A stretch of 62,231 bases of DNA, counting the filler, from Asterionella formosa (Eukaryota), in NCBI GenBank assembly GCA_002256025.1. It is 14 parts of 14 records of this genome, joined end to end, with 100 filler letters (N's around TTAATTAATTAA, not from the genome) between each part and the next. Parts side by side here need not be neighbours in the genome. Positions count along the whole stretch, not along the records: positions 22,311 to 26,664 come from NKIB01013575.1; positions 26,765 to 31,116 come from NKIB01013576.1; positions 31,217 to 35,568 come from NKIB01013577.1; 11 more parts are not named here. One strand, 5' to 3'. This document shows positions 22,450 to 34,085 of the stretch, one piece after another. Under the pieces are notes generated by a model. The model was not told the DNA's origin. It saw only the letters and a list, made by a program, of their open reading frames with translations, and searched no databases. Positions within the stretch are counted from its first letter, which is position 1, and every line of letters starts with the position of its first letter. A program made the translations under genes and the position numbers.

Positions 22450-23220
22450 TCAAAGTTCGTCGATTGTCCTCGGTTCGTCCTCTTCTTCTTCCTCACTATT
22501 GTCACCTTCACCTTCACCCTCATCGTCTTCCAAAAAGAAATCATCATCCCAGTCCGCATCGTCCATATCATCAAAGTCAATACCTGCTACCAACCCACTA
22601 GGCATAGCATCATCGTCACCGCCAAACGCACCAACCGATTCTCGTTTGTATCCAGCCGCCACCTTATCAATCAAATACATAACATCCACAGCTGCCGAGA
22701 CATCTGCTTGCACAAAGGATAGATTCGGAATAGTCTTCATGTGTGACAGATTCTGAGCCAAGCTGTGTCGAATATACTTGGTATTCTCCACCAACCATGC
22801 GTACGCCCGCCGGCGATCCACAGCCGCGTTTGTTCCTTCGCGTGCCTCGTTTTCGCCTCCCTTTCTGATAGAAACCACGATTCTTGCCTGTCTTAAATCC
22901 GGCGAGACGTCGGCATTGATGATACTGATTCTCCGCCGAAGTTCGTCGTCCAAGTAGTCAACGTCGCCTTTGATGACGCCGCGGTGGATAATGGTGGATA
23001 GTTCGGTGCGAACGAGGTGACCGACGCGTTCTTGACGCTTGGATCGCTCCTTTCCGCCACGAGGTGTGGATCTGCCTTGTGTAGGCTTGTGGAAGTTCGC
23101 AAAGAGTTGAGTAGAAAGTATTCTGGTGGAGGTGGGGCCGATTGCAAACGCAGTGGCAACGTCCACTACGCCAATCATTAAAAGCGCCATTGCAGCAATG
23201 AGAACATGCAATCTCTGCAT
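22450..23220 (-). CDS. rbfA: Plastid-targeted ribosome-binding factor A
   Basis: RQERVGHLVRTELS...VSPDLRQARI...IRHSLAQNL..MKTIPNLSF RbfA motifs; signal peptide ending ATA-F; acidic C-terminal tail. Confidence 0.9.
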   Translation of the reverse strand: MQRLHVLIAAMALLMIGVVDVATAFAIGPTSTRILSTQLFANFHKPTQGRSTPRGGKERSKRQERVGHLVRTELSTIIHRGVIKGDVDYLDDELRRRISIINADVSPDLRQARIVVSIRKGGENEAREGTNAAVDRRRAYAWLVENTKYIRHSLAQNLSHMKTIPNLSFVQADVSAAVDVMYLIDKVAAGYKRESVGAFGGDDDAMPSGLVAGIDFDDMDDADWDDDFFLEDDEGEGEGDNSEEEEEDEPRTIDEL

Positions 23221-23795
23221 TCTTGTTGCGGGGGTGTGAAGCGTGAGAACAAAGGAGAACTGAGCTTGGGACGTCGATGCAATAGTGATCTGTTGGGAAC
23301 AGTCGTACCGGTAACATCAATGTTCTTTGAGAGTGGTCCAGTTCGTCTGTCCCTCCCCCTACGTGCATAATTTTTTTTTCACATCAAGCAAAGAAATTCA
23401 GGTAGGCCCCGATGATCATTATATTTTAGATGGCTGCTGATGATGCATGACTCCTCGCTCAGCTATGTACGTATACATACGGTATTTGGGTGCTACGGTA
23501 CTGGTACCAGGTACGAGGTACCAGGTACCCTGGTACTTACTAGGGTATAGAATGGATGTGGTCTGCATCCTATGTTTTTGATTACCGTTTTTTTCCCTTT
23601 TCATGCTCATGATCAGCCAGCTATCATACCAAATTGTGATACTGTACTGTACTGTTCTCTACTCTACTGTCCTGTACCCATGTACCAGGGTACCTGGTAC
23701 CTGGTACCCTGATATTGTCCTAAGAAAAATGTGTTGCAAATGATTTTGATGATATGATAGATCATCCTATTTCTGTTTTTTTTGTGACTACGACC

Positions 23796-24851
23796 ATGCG
23801 AACGGCCGCCTTCGCCTGTTTTGTTTCCTTTTTGTGTACAGCCAATCATGCAATAGCGTTCATAAGAATGCATTCTAGACGAAGACTAGAAGTATCAACT
23901 ACGCCTTGCGCTGATTCGACTTTGCATTCGTTGTCATACGAATCATTACCATGCTTCTACCTGAGCAGAACAAATTCAAGAACACGAGCCAATCAGATTA
24001 TGCAATCACCAGGACCAAGGCCACTATCACACCTCTTTACAAATCGTGACAACAACAACAATAACAGCGAAAAAAACAATAACAGCAACTCAATAGAAAG
24101 AGAATCAAGAATTAAAGACAAGGCCTTCCTGCAACGAGCCAAACACTGGGTAGTTATCGTTGACGACGAAGAAGCCATTCGCTTGGCCGTCGGCGACTAC
24201 CTCTTCGAAAATGGTTACAAAGTCACTGCTTGTGCCGACGCCGATGCCATGATACATGTGGTTTCAACGCCACCGTCAGAAGAAGCCCTTCCCATTGTCC
24301 CGGACGCTATCATCTCGGACATTCGCATGCCAGGGACGAACGGACTGCAACTCTTGCAAATCATTCGAAGTAATGAGAGATTGGAGCGGGTGCCCGTCAT
24401 TTTGTTGACCGCCAAGGCCATGACACAAGATCGTATTTCTGGGTATAAGGCAGGCGCCGATGTCTATTTGCCAAAGCCATTTGATCCTGACGAATTACTC
24501 ACGATTGTGGACAATTGTATACTGAGGCGGAAGCAAATGACAGGAGAAAAGGCAAAGTTGGTGGATTTGAAGCAGGATATGAATAACATCAAAGAAATTT
24601 TGAGGCAAAACGGAAGTAAAGTTGTCAAGAGCACTGACGTGTACTTGACTACAACGGAGCGAGAGGTTCTGGACTTTCTGGCAAGAGGATTTACAAACAA
24701 AGAGATCGCGGAAAAGAGAGGGACGACACCTTTTGTGGTTGGCCGGACGGTACAAAAAATGTACGTCATGACAGATACTAGAACAAAAACGGAGTTGGTT
24801 CGTTGGGCCCTTCAAACGGGATACTTAAATCCGCGAGGAAGACCAGATTGA
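23796..24851 (+). CDS. Plastid-targeted NarL/Ycf29-like response regulator (REC + LuxR HTH)
   Basis: REC motifs IVDDE, ISDIRMP (phosphoacceptor Asp), LLTAK and YLPKPF; HTH LTTTEREVL..LARGFTNKEIAE..TELVRWA. Presequence MRTAAF...AIA-F. Alternative upstream ATG at 23754. Confidence 0.88.
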   Translation: MRTAAFACFVSFLCTANHAIAFIRMHSRRRLEVSTTPCADSTLHSLSYESLPCFYLSRTNSRTRANQIMQSPGPRPLSHLFTNRDNNNNNSEKNNNSNSIERESRIKDKAFLQRAKHWVVIVDDEEAIRLAVGDYLFENGYKVTACADADAMIHVVSTPPSEEALPIVPDAIISDIRMPGTNGLQLLQIIRSNERLERVPVILLTAKAMTQDRISGYKAGADVYLPKPFDPDELLTIVDNCILRRKQMTGEKAKLVDLKQDMNNIKEILRQNGSKVVKSTDVYLTTTEREVLDFLARGFTNKEIAEKRGTTPFVVGRTVQKMYVMTDTRTKTELVRWALQTGYLNPRGRPD

Positions 24852-25134
24852 GCAATTCGTGATCCCAACTGAAAATCAACGAAACGATATCCTTGATAGA
24901 CATTAGAACATGCACAACCTTATAAGGTGCTAGAAGCAAGGCTTCAAGGGAAATATTTGATACTTTCATGTTTTTGTCTATCACTTTCCTATTCGTTAGT
25001 TTATGAATATGATACAGGCGTAAGATATCATCCGAGTGCAAGATGTGTTCCCTTCGGGCGACCCAATTCTATACTGGTTTATTGATTGAGTACGCATTCA
25101 AATGTTGATGTGGAATATACCGAAAGTTGTATGA

Positions 25135-26462
25135 TTACCCAAAGACTCTAAAGTAGAATTCCCTCACAAACCACTTAATACCATGACGTTCTTCAATGTC
25201 TTCGTCAAAAACTTCCTGACCTTCCTTGGTACCTGCTTGAAATTCCTCCAAAGTCCATCCAAAGCTTTTGAGCGCCTTTTCATGTCGCTCGTCATCAATA
25301 TGATGAATCATGCGATATTTGTTGAGCTCTTCGCGTCGCTTTGCCATGTAACGAGGATGCTCCAGCATATTGTGCAAAATCGCTGCATACCGATGATCAT
25401 TTTGCTCGTTTCGTTTCAGAGTCCACAGTTCAGGGTCGTCAATCACACCGGACGCTAGCAACTGCCGCTGTGACTTTAATTTTCTCACAATATCCCAACT
25501 CAGGGCTGCCTTAATGGCTCGTCGGAGACCCTTCTCTCGGTGTAGCAAGTCCATCAAGTCGTTGCGCTCCCAGCACAGGCAGTGAGACTCGCGGGTTGCG
25601 ATAATGCTGCAACAAGATTCCACCTTACCGGGAAGTAAGAGACCGGCATGAAGACCACATTCCGAGACAAAGTTTCCCTCTTGAAGCTTGTAGGTGGCTT
25701 GATTGTCACGATGGACTTCCAATTCACCATCTAGAACCAGCCTGACGCGTGAGTTCATTTCTCCCTAAAAGGCTGCGTCGTGAGAAAGATGACAAATCAA
25801 GGGATGTAATTCAACGCGTACATCCCAACCAGTATACTTACTTGAGATACCAAAATATCGCCAGCTTTGAAGGTCTCCAGATTTCCACATCTCACCAATC
25901 TTGCAAAATCAGGTGGATCCATTATGTAGAAATGGTCATTTCTGAGTTGGATCATTTGTGGACTCAGTTGCTCCGCCAAGTATCGATCCAAAAAAACTTT
26001 TCCAATTCGATATGAGTTGATCAAAATGAATAGAACATTCCATTTGAAGGGCAGCCACAAGACACGACCGTGAGGATGAAAGTAGGTGAAGAAAAGCATG
26101 ACTGAACTTCCTGCAACAGCAATGATACGGAGATGCAAAAAGTCGTCAACTGCATAGGAGATAGCCACCAAGATAAAGGATGAGTGGCCAAAAACTTCCG
26201 ACAGATTCGCAGTGTAGTGTCGAGGACTTATCCATCGCGGGACTGGCACAGTCCTAGGCTTCAGCATGACATCGCGAAGGAACGATTCCCGAAAGAGGGG
26301 AGGCAGCTGTCGTTTTTCACCAGCTCCTACGTTGGCAAAGGTCGACTTTCTTCGACGAATCGTTGATTTGAGGCGAATCTGCTGAAACTGAGTCGCCATG
26401 TTCAAGGCGCGAAGGTGCGATCTCGTGCGTTGCACCACGGCTGGAAGGCGAGCTGACAACAT
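25135..26462 (-). CDS. Popeye-domain / cyclic-nucleotide-binding membrane protein (exons 26462-25842 and 25764-25135)
   Basis: Three TM segments with LRIIA and W.NVLFILIN, then a cNMP-like fold (GDILVSQGE..VRLVLDGELEV..GNFVSE). A phase-0 intron 25841-25765 (GTAAGT...TTTTAG) joins two ORFs. Confidence 0.8.
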
Positions 26463-27731
26463 CCCCTCTACCGATTGCTTCGACACATAAATGTTTTTGT
26501 TCTGATTGGTGCAATGGCAGCAACTTCTGTGATGCCAAACAATTGGTTTTAACTAGACCTCTGTATTCAAGTCAGTGGTTGGCGGTGCTAGATTCTAAAG
26601 CTGCTGATCTGGCAGACGCACCATTGCCGCCACGACACTTGTTTTCAGGTTGTCGAACAGAACGNNNNNNNNNNNNNNNNNNNNNNNNNNNNNNNNNNNN
26701 NNNNNNNNTTAATTAATTAANNNNNNNNNNNNNNNNNNNNNNNNNNNNNNNNNNNNNNNNNNNNATATAGTTCTTGGCAATCAATGCTGTTCAAATTCTC
26801 ACAGCATTTCAATACGGGATTTTGGCTGGAATATTATTCAAGATTGATTAGTTCGACTGAACTAATATGCACGCAGTACTAAATCTTGACACAATGATAC
26901 CGGCTCTTCTGGAAATTCAGAAAGTAACGGTAGTGATAATATGATGAGTGGAGGTAACATGATGGGTGGAAATTAGGGAAACTATATAAATGTATGTTTT
27001 GATAGCAACTTCCCTTGGTTCCTTGTAAAATTAGCAAAAGTCCGTGAAGGCTGATATGCAACTCCATTGGTAGGCCCAAAGAGGAATTATTGTCTTGCTT
27101 TCCTTGCTGTCCTGGTATAGTTGCATAATGAGAACTCGAGTTTTTCGATCAGCACTCGTCATCTGTTAACTTTGTCGTGATCCCATTTTTCCTTAAGAGT
27201 TGTACGACTATTTGCAGCTAAAAGCGACCCGATGCAGAATAGACGAATCTTGGATGTGGGTGACATTTTCGAATAAATGGATGTAATCACTTTCTTCTTA
27301 CAACTAGTACGACGCTATTACTTGAAACGTGACGTACCCCAATTAAAATAAAATGATGATGAGCCCTAAAAAATCATTCCAATGAGAACTCTTCCCATAT
27401 TTGAGTGCTCTGCAATCCTACTACCTCAGAATGAACATTCTCTACATTGAGGTGAAAACTTGGAGTTTGATGTGTACATTCGCTCTCACAACACATGTTT
27501 AATCTCTAAATTATTGTGAATGCTCAGAGGTTGTGATTTTTGTAGTTGCAGTCGGAGTTGTGAATTTTCTGTGGGCAGCTTAACTATATCAATTTAAGTT
27601 CAATCTCCATGAAGGTAACAACCCAGTGTTGTGAATTTTGTATCACGAAGCACTGTTCATTTTCGGAATGGCTCACAAAACTAATAGTTGTAAACTAAAA
27701 CCATTGAGTCATTAATAAAAGTTAGTTCGTT

Positions 27732-29090
27732 ATGCTTATGATAAGGGTATCAACACTCCTGTTGTTCCAAGTGACCATCGCACAAGCGCAGGTGACGACG
27801 ACTCGACATCTTCGTCAGGAAGACAACAATGAGACTCACCACACTTCCATCAGAGATTGGTTCAGGACTAAATTTGATCACAGTTTCCAGAAGAATCATG
27901 GCAAGATCCTTGGCCATCACACGCACAACAACGAGACCATCATGGACTCAAATGTTGCTGTTGGAACAATTCTTTCGATGAGAAACAATACCAACCCAGA
28001 AAGCAATATAGAAAAAAACATTGGTGGCATGCTCCACAACAATGGGACCGGCTATCCAGGAATCGGTCATGACATGGGCAACAGTGCTGACAAAGACTTT
28101 GGTGACATCATCTTTCACAATGGAACCGGCAATCCAGGAATTGGTCATGACATGGGTAACAGTACTCACAAAGACTTTGGTGACATGTTCCACAATGGTA
28201 CCGGCTGTCCAGGAGTTGGTCATGACATGGGTAACAGTGCTGACAAAGACTTTGGTGGCAAGTTCCACAATGGAACCAGCAATCCAGGATTTGGTCATGA
28301 CATGGGTAACAGTACTGACAAAGACTTTGGTGGCATGTTCGACAATGCGACCGGCTATCCAGGAGGAAATGGTCATGACATGGACAATGGTACAGACAAA
28401 GACTTTGGTGAAGACATGTTCCACAATGCGACCGGCTATCCAGGAAATGGATGTGACATGGACAACATAGACAAGAATGATACAGACAAAGACTGTGGTG
28501 ATGACATGTTACGCAATGCGACCGGCTATCCAGGAAATGGTTGTGGCATGGGCAACATGGGAAATGGCACTGACAAAAACTTTGGTGATGGCATGTACCA
28601 CAACGGGACAGGAGGCCATCCAGGAAATGGTTGTGGTATGGGTAACATGGGCGATGGCACTGACAAAAACTTTGGTGATGGCATCATGTTTCACAACAGG
28701 ACAGGACGCCATCCAGGAAATGGTTGTGGCATGGGTAACATGATGGGCAATGGCACTGACAAAAACTTTGGTGATGGCATGTACCACAACGGGACAGGAG
28801 GCTATCAAGGAAATGGTTGTGGCATGGGTAACATGGGCGATGGCACTGACAAAAACTTTGGTGATGGCATGTTCCACAACGGGACAGGAGGCTCTCCAGG
28901 AAATGGCTGTGACAAGGACAACATGGACAATGATACAGAAAAAGAGTTTGGCGGTATGTTTAAAAATCGTACCGGCTGTTCTGGAAATGCGTCTGATATT
29001 GAAAATATTACAGACCATGAATCTGATGACATGTCCCATACTGATAGTACCGGCTATACTGACACTACTATTATTGGCAATCTCACTTGA
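27732..29090 (+). CDS. Secreted tandem-repeat Gly/Asp/Asn/Met-rich glycoprotein
   Basis: Signal peptide, RHL motif, about 13 repeats of 25-30 aa of type HNGTGxPGNGx(D/G)MGNxxDKxFGDxMF, each with an N-x-T sequon. Confidence 0.8.
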   Translation: MLMIRVSTLLLFQVTIAQAQVTTTRHLRQEDNNETHHTSIRDWFRTKFDHSFQKNHGKILGHHTHNNETIMDSNVAVGTILSMRNNTNPESNIEKNIGGMLHNNGTGYPGIGHDMGNSADKDFGDIIFHNGTGNPGIGHDMGNSTHKDFGDMFHNGTGCPGVGHDMGNSADKDFGGKFHNGTSNPGFGHDMGNSTDKDFGGMFDNATGYPGGNGHDMDNGTDKDFGEDMFHNATGYPGNGCDMDNIDKNDTDKDCGDDMLRNATGYPGNGCGMGNMGNGTDKNFGDGMYHNGTGGHPGNGCGMGNMGDGTDKNFGDGIMFHNRTGRHPGNGCGMGNMMGNGTDKNFGDGMYHNGTGGYQGNGCGMGNMGDGTDKNFGDGMFHNGTGGSPGNGCDKDNMDNDTEKEFGGMFKNRTGCSGNASDIENITDHESDDMSHTDSTGYTDTTIIGNLT

Positions 29091-29218
29091 TGACATTCTA
29101 AATAGTGTTGAAATCGAATAAGTGATGACATGAATAACAACAGGTTTGGGGTCGAAATTATTGTCGTTGATTTGGTTTTCCGGCACACAATTGAAGGTCG
29201 AAAAAGGGAAACTAACTT

Positions 29219-30136
29219 TTATATCTTATAGGCAGTAAAGGATATAATTGGATTTTCGATATCTTGTTTGGATTGAATTAACTTCAATTCAGTTGATGCC
29301 ACTGTATTCGTAGTAGTATTTGCCTCCATGGTTCGTTGAATGACAGCTTGCATGGTCGAAATGACTTTTTCTAATACATGTTTCATCTCATATGGTGGGT
29401 TCGCTGTATGGCCTAATATCAATGCAGCAATCAAATCTCCAGTTCCTGTATAATGTCCAGGCAACAAGGGAGCATCGATTCTCCATACGATTTGGTCAGT
29501 AGTATGGTTCGCCAATATTGATGATGATGATGATGATGATGCCGATGATGATGCCAACAACGTCAATAGTCCATCTTGTTGCAGTACAAGACTAGTTAAA
29601 ATAACCAACGACGGTCCCATCTGATGAAGGAGTAGACAAGCCTGTTTGGCATCATTGATGGTATGTATGGCCATTCCGGTCAATTGCTCTGCTTCAAATT
29701 GATTGGGCGTGACAACATTGGCATGCGGAATAACATGAATCTTGTACACCTCCACCAGAGACTTTGGGACATAAAACTTTCCTGAATCCCCCAAGACAGG
29801 ATCACATACATAACGACATTTTGGGTTCGCCTTTCGAATGTGTTCAACGACAGTAACAACAGCTTGACAAAAGGAATCACTCCCAATGTATCCAGTCAAG
29901 ACATGTCCCACGTCTTGGAGTAAATCATTTTGTTCCAAACCATTTAATAATGCTAGCAACTGCTCCCCCTGCAATACATCTCCTCGAATGACAGAGTATC
30001 CCGTGTGATTGGAAAAGTGAACAGAATTAATAACATCCACATCCAAGCCCAACAATTGCAATGGAAACACAGCTGCCTTGTTTCCCACGTAGCCATGGAC
30101 AACGTGCGATTGAATGGAAAGGACTCGTTGTGACAT
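29219..30136 (-). CDS. pdxK: Pyridoxal kinase
   Basis: RVLSIQSHVVHGYVGNKAAVFPLQ, FSNHTGY, CDPVLGD, TPNQFEAE and YTGTGD; likely start MSQRV. Confidence 0.95.
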   Translation of the reverse strand: MSQRVLSIQSHVVHGYVGNKAAVFPLQLLGLDVDVINSVHFSNHTGYSVIRGDVLQGEQLLALLNGLEQNDLLQDVGHVLTGYIGSDSFCQAVVTVVEHIRKANPKCRYVCDPVLGDSGKFYVPKSLVEVYKIHVIPHANVVTPNQFEAEQLTGMAIHTINDAKQACLLLHQMGPSLVILTSLVLQQDGLLTLLASSSASSSSSSSILANHTTDQIVWRIDAPLLPGHYTGTGDLIAALILGHTANPPYEMKHVLEKVISTMQAVIQRTMEANTTTNTVASTELKLIQSKQDIENPIISFTAYKI

Positions 30137-33100
30137 TTCTGTGTGTGCTGTGTGTTGTGAATAGGAAGGGATGTGTAATTTCTTGTAGACTACTTGGAAG
30201 AAACGACAATACGAGGATGGACGTTTTGTTGGAATGCTGTGGTCGTTCATAAAGTATGTGATCATTACTATAATTATATATACCGGTATGTTTGTTCCAT
30301 GTACATACCGGTATGTTTATCCGGTATATGATACCAGGGAGTGTGTTGAAATGGTCCGTACTCCTTCCCGCTGGCTGGGTCTCTCTTCACGTAGACTCTT
30401 ACGTGATCGTAGTACTACGTAGTACCACTTACTTTCTCTCTTGTCTCTGCTTCTAGCCTTCCTGCTAGATAGACTAATTGACCTTCGTGTCAATTAACAC
30501 ACTGTTTCCTCGGTTGATAATCTAAAACTCAAATTAAATTATAAGCTAAACTAAATGTTTCCTTTCCATGCATCTTTGCTTCTGGCAAAGTCGTTCTAAG
30601 ACTCTCTTCGAGTTTCCACTTAACATTTCCATAGAAATCTTCAATCTTTGATCTCGTTAGACAGCTGATTGACGTGGCAATGCAATATTCGACTCGTTCG
30701 ATTACAATCGAGTCCACAATCCTTGTGACTCGGGCTAATATTCTTGACAGGAGTGCTGGTATACTACATCCATGTCACCTTTTGCTGGTGTGATACTCAC
30801 TCCCTTTACAAGGGTACCTGGTACCGGCATCTTGAGCTACACATGATCAATGTAACAATTGATCTGGTACCGATACTGGGCGCGCTCTGATAATAAAAAA
30901 TTATTATATCATGTGTATTATAGTAACACAAATCGTTGTACCCATAACCCCAAAATTTGTGTTTGTGTTGACCAAATTTTTTACAGTTATAAATAACAGT
31001 GCATTATATAAAAAGATGTTTAGACATGAATGACTATATAGAATTTCCCGGAATATTTCAAGACTTGCTTGCTCATACTCAAAATGGCTTGCTCTTGCCA
31101 AAATAGGTATGCATATNNNNNNNNNNNNNNNNNNNNNNNNNNNNNNNNNNNNNNNNNNNNTTAATTAATTAANNNNNNNNNNNNNNNNNNNNNNNNNNNN
31201 NNNNNNNNNNNNNNNNAATAAGAAACCCTTTCTCGCTATATATGTTTGCATGGGAATGGCAGAACCAGTGAGAGACAAAATGTTAAAAGTGAGTCCACAG
31301 CATGAACTGTGGCCCAATTGGGACAATGAATACCAGTGTGCATTGTCATTCCTTTGAAGGAGAAAAAACAACTCAGAAAAATAAGGAAATATCAAAAACA
31401 ACAGAAAAAGTAAAAAATATCAAAAACAACAGAAACATTTAAAAAAATATAAAAATATAAAAAGCACACAATGTGGTGCACCCCCCCCCCCCCCCCCCAA
31501 ATGGTTGATTTTTATTCTTGACTAGCTAAACCAGGATACCCTTGCTAGTAGGTAGCTCGTACACTAGTGGTATACAACACAGTGTATTGTTGTTGCTATT
31601 GAAGCAAGCATTGAAATGAAACAACCAAAATGCTTTCACTTCTATGGGCTTGCGAAGCAATGTATAATGACACTCCATTGAATGAGTCTAGTCCTAGCTA
31701 CTACATCTGTTGGCTGTAGAAAATACATAGAATTAAGCCTAGAACATTCTCGTAGTATACTTCTTATCACTAAACTGCTTTGTGTTTACAAGCTCTTGTG
31801 GCATCAATCTAAACTAATACAATGATAACCACAAGTCTATGCTTTTGTTGACCTTTGGTTGTTTCCAGATCCCCTACCGGTACCGTAGTGGTGAAGGCAA
31901 TACATGCCTGAGGTGGCCTCATTCATGTATAGTGATTCCAATTCCAAATTGATTCATGTGTATCTCTTTTGATTTTTCATTTAATAAACCACCTGACCAC
32001 CTGGTTGTTTGGAATTGACTGTAACTTTAATCTGATTTAGCCTACAATATTGAGACCTAGGATCTTTTTACTTATTCTGCCAGTTGGTACCATAGTAGCT
32101 AGGATTTGCTTAATGTTTGACCGTTTTGATGAAAGTATCAATGTCCCTTGATGTGTGATGTCATCATTTCAACCCAAATGCCATCACAGCCGCATACCAA
32201 CATAACACTGTAGTTAATTATGATACAACGTACCGGTAAACATAAGGTGAAGTAAGCAATGTATTGCCCATGAAACATGCAATATATCATACACCTTTTG
32301 ATGGATTCATGTACAGGGTACCTGAGGTACTAGCCCACATAGGCACTTGAATGTAATTATTTAGCTTAGATTATGCTTTTTCTATAATCAATACACTACA
32401 GTGTAGTCATTCTGAATGGCTGGAGAGCGAAAATTGCATAATGTTGTCTCAGCCTTGACCATGACAAAGATTAAAAAAATAACTTAATGAAAATCAGAAT
32501 GACGCTTTGCTATTTGGTATGTACAATAATGACATCATCGACAATACAATCAAAACAATTATGCTAATTACACTGATATTGACAACGAAAATTGAAGACG
32601 CTGATGGCACTTTTTTCATGCAAATCAGTGATGCACCATTTTAAAAATGACCTGTTACAAGGAGCTTTGACACTTTTACAGTAATTACTCAACAAATAAG
32701 ACTACGACTACGTCGATAACAAGAATAATTGGAGCAACAGATGTTAAATAAGTTATTTATCTACTGAGAATTGATTGATTACGAATTGGCATGTGAAAGC
32801 TGACAAATGTCAAATATGCTGTCAAAACTACTACTAGTAATACCCTATAGTTATTGTTTGACAGCCCCTTCATGCAGCATACATGTGAGTGCTTAAAGGA
32901 GAACAGAACATCATTATGAAATAATGCTACACATAGTGATCCACTGTTATTACCAGCATATTGTCGACATAGTACCAGTAGACTAATGCTGGTAAATCTC
33001 TTTCCTTCTGTAGTGACACATGCAGTCATCTACATATGAATTAAGGACTGTGCATGCTTGTCTACAAAGTTTAAGAAAAATATTGCTTAAAGTTGTCTTG

Positions 33101-33839
33101 ATTTAATTAGATTCCATCATTTTCTTAAACCTAAATAGTCTTTCAGTACTTTAACCCAAAATAAAACGATTTGGAAAGTAAAATGGCTGTTGATCCAGTC
33201 TAGTACAATAGTAGTAGCTAAGACACCAAAGATGCTAGTTGTTCTTTGACAGGAATGGGAGGTTGGGATTGGAGGGCAAAAGCCAGCAAGGCTATTTACA
33301 AGGGTTGAAAGGAGTAGACTGAAATTTATTTACTGCTGGTGCAAAATTCTGTGGGAGACAGTTGCAATGCTAGTTTGTGCTGGTGATACTCCTGCAAACA
33401 CAGCAATAGACCGAATTTATGAGCCATATGGCCAAGACCAAACAGTGACATACATACTCATGCATCTGATAAAAGATTGTTGCACTGGTGGGCATTCACT
33501 ACTGTGTGTTTAGATAATTTCATTGAAATTTTAAAATTTGCAATGTCTTTAGTATTTACGTTGCTTGTTTAGTACCTCAATTGTTATTAACTATTTTATC
33601 TCCTAGTAGTTTCATGGTTTGCATGTTAACATGCATATTACTAGAAAACTGGGGAGGTACAACAAGGGATTTCATTTCATGATAAAGCTATTAGAGGTGA
33701 TGGTATTACCCACTCTATACAAGGCAGTATATACTGAGCTTTGTCGAAGGTGTGCTAGTTAACTACCACTGCACTACATAGTAGTGACGACTTAATGTAC
33801 CAGGTACCTGTTACCCAGTCTAAACGAGTACCGGTACAT

Positions 33840-34085
33840 CGCTACATAGCTTTTTTGTCGAAGGTGCTGAAGGCAATACAATCCCGAGGTGGTCTCTTGC
33901 CTGCGAGTATACATGTGTTCGAGGCTGGGTGGCGCGAGTAGGTTGACCATACGAGTGGCGCCCCCGGCGCTGCAAGAAGGTCACCCTCCGAGTGCCATCC
34001 CAGCCGAATACACATGTATACGAGAAGGCAAGTAGCCGCCGAGAAGGGTATTGTTGAGGCAATTCCCGCTCTAGCTATCGTCGCG
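33840..34085 (+). ncRNA. Putative structured RNA/ssDNA: long rod-like hairpin with periodic tandem G.A internal loops
   Basis: Arms about 33872-33962 and 33966-34055 pair by Watson-Crick and G.U pairs, interrupted five times by CGAG opposite CGAG/CAAG/CGAA. Expression and function unknown. Confidence 0.55.

Noticed and set aside
27948..29186. Long antisense and alternative-frame ORFs
   Set aside because: By-products of the repetitive coding sequence at 27732-29090.
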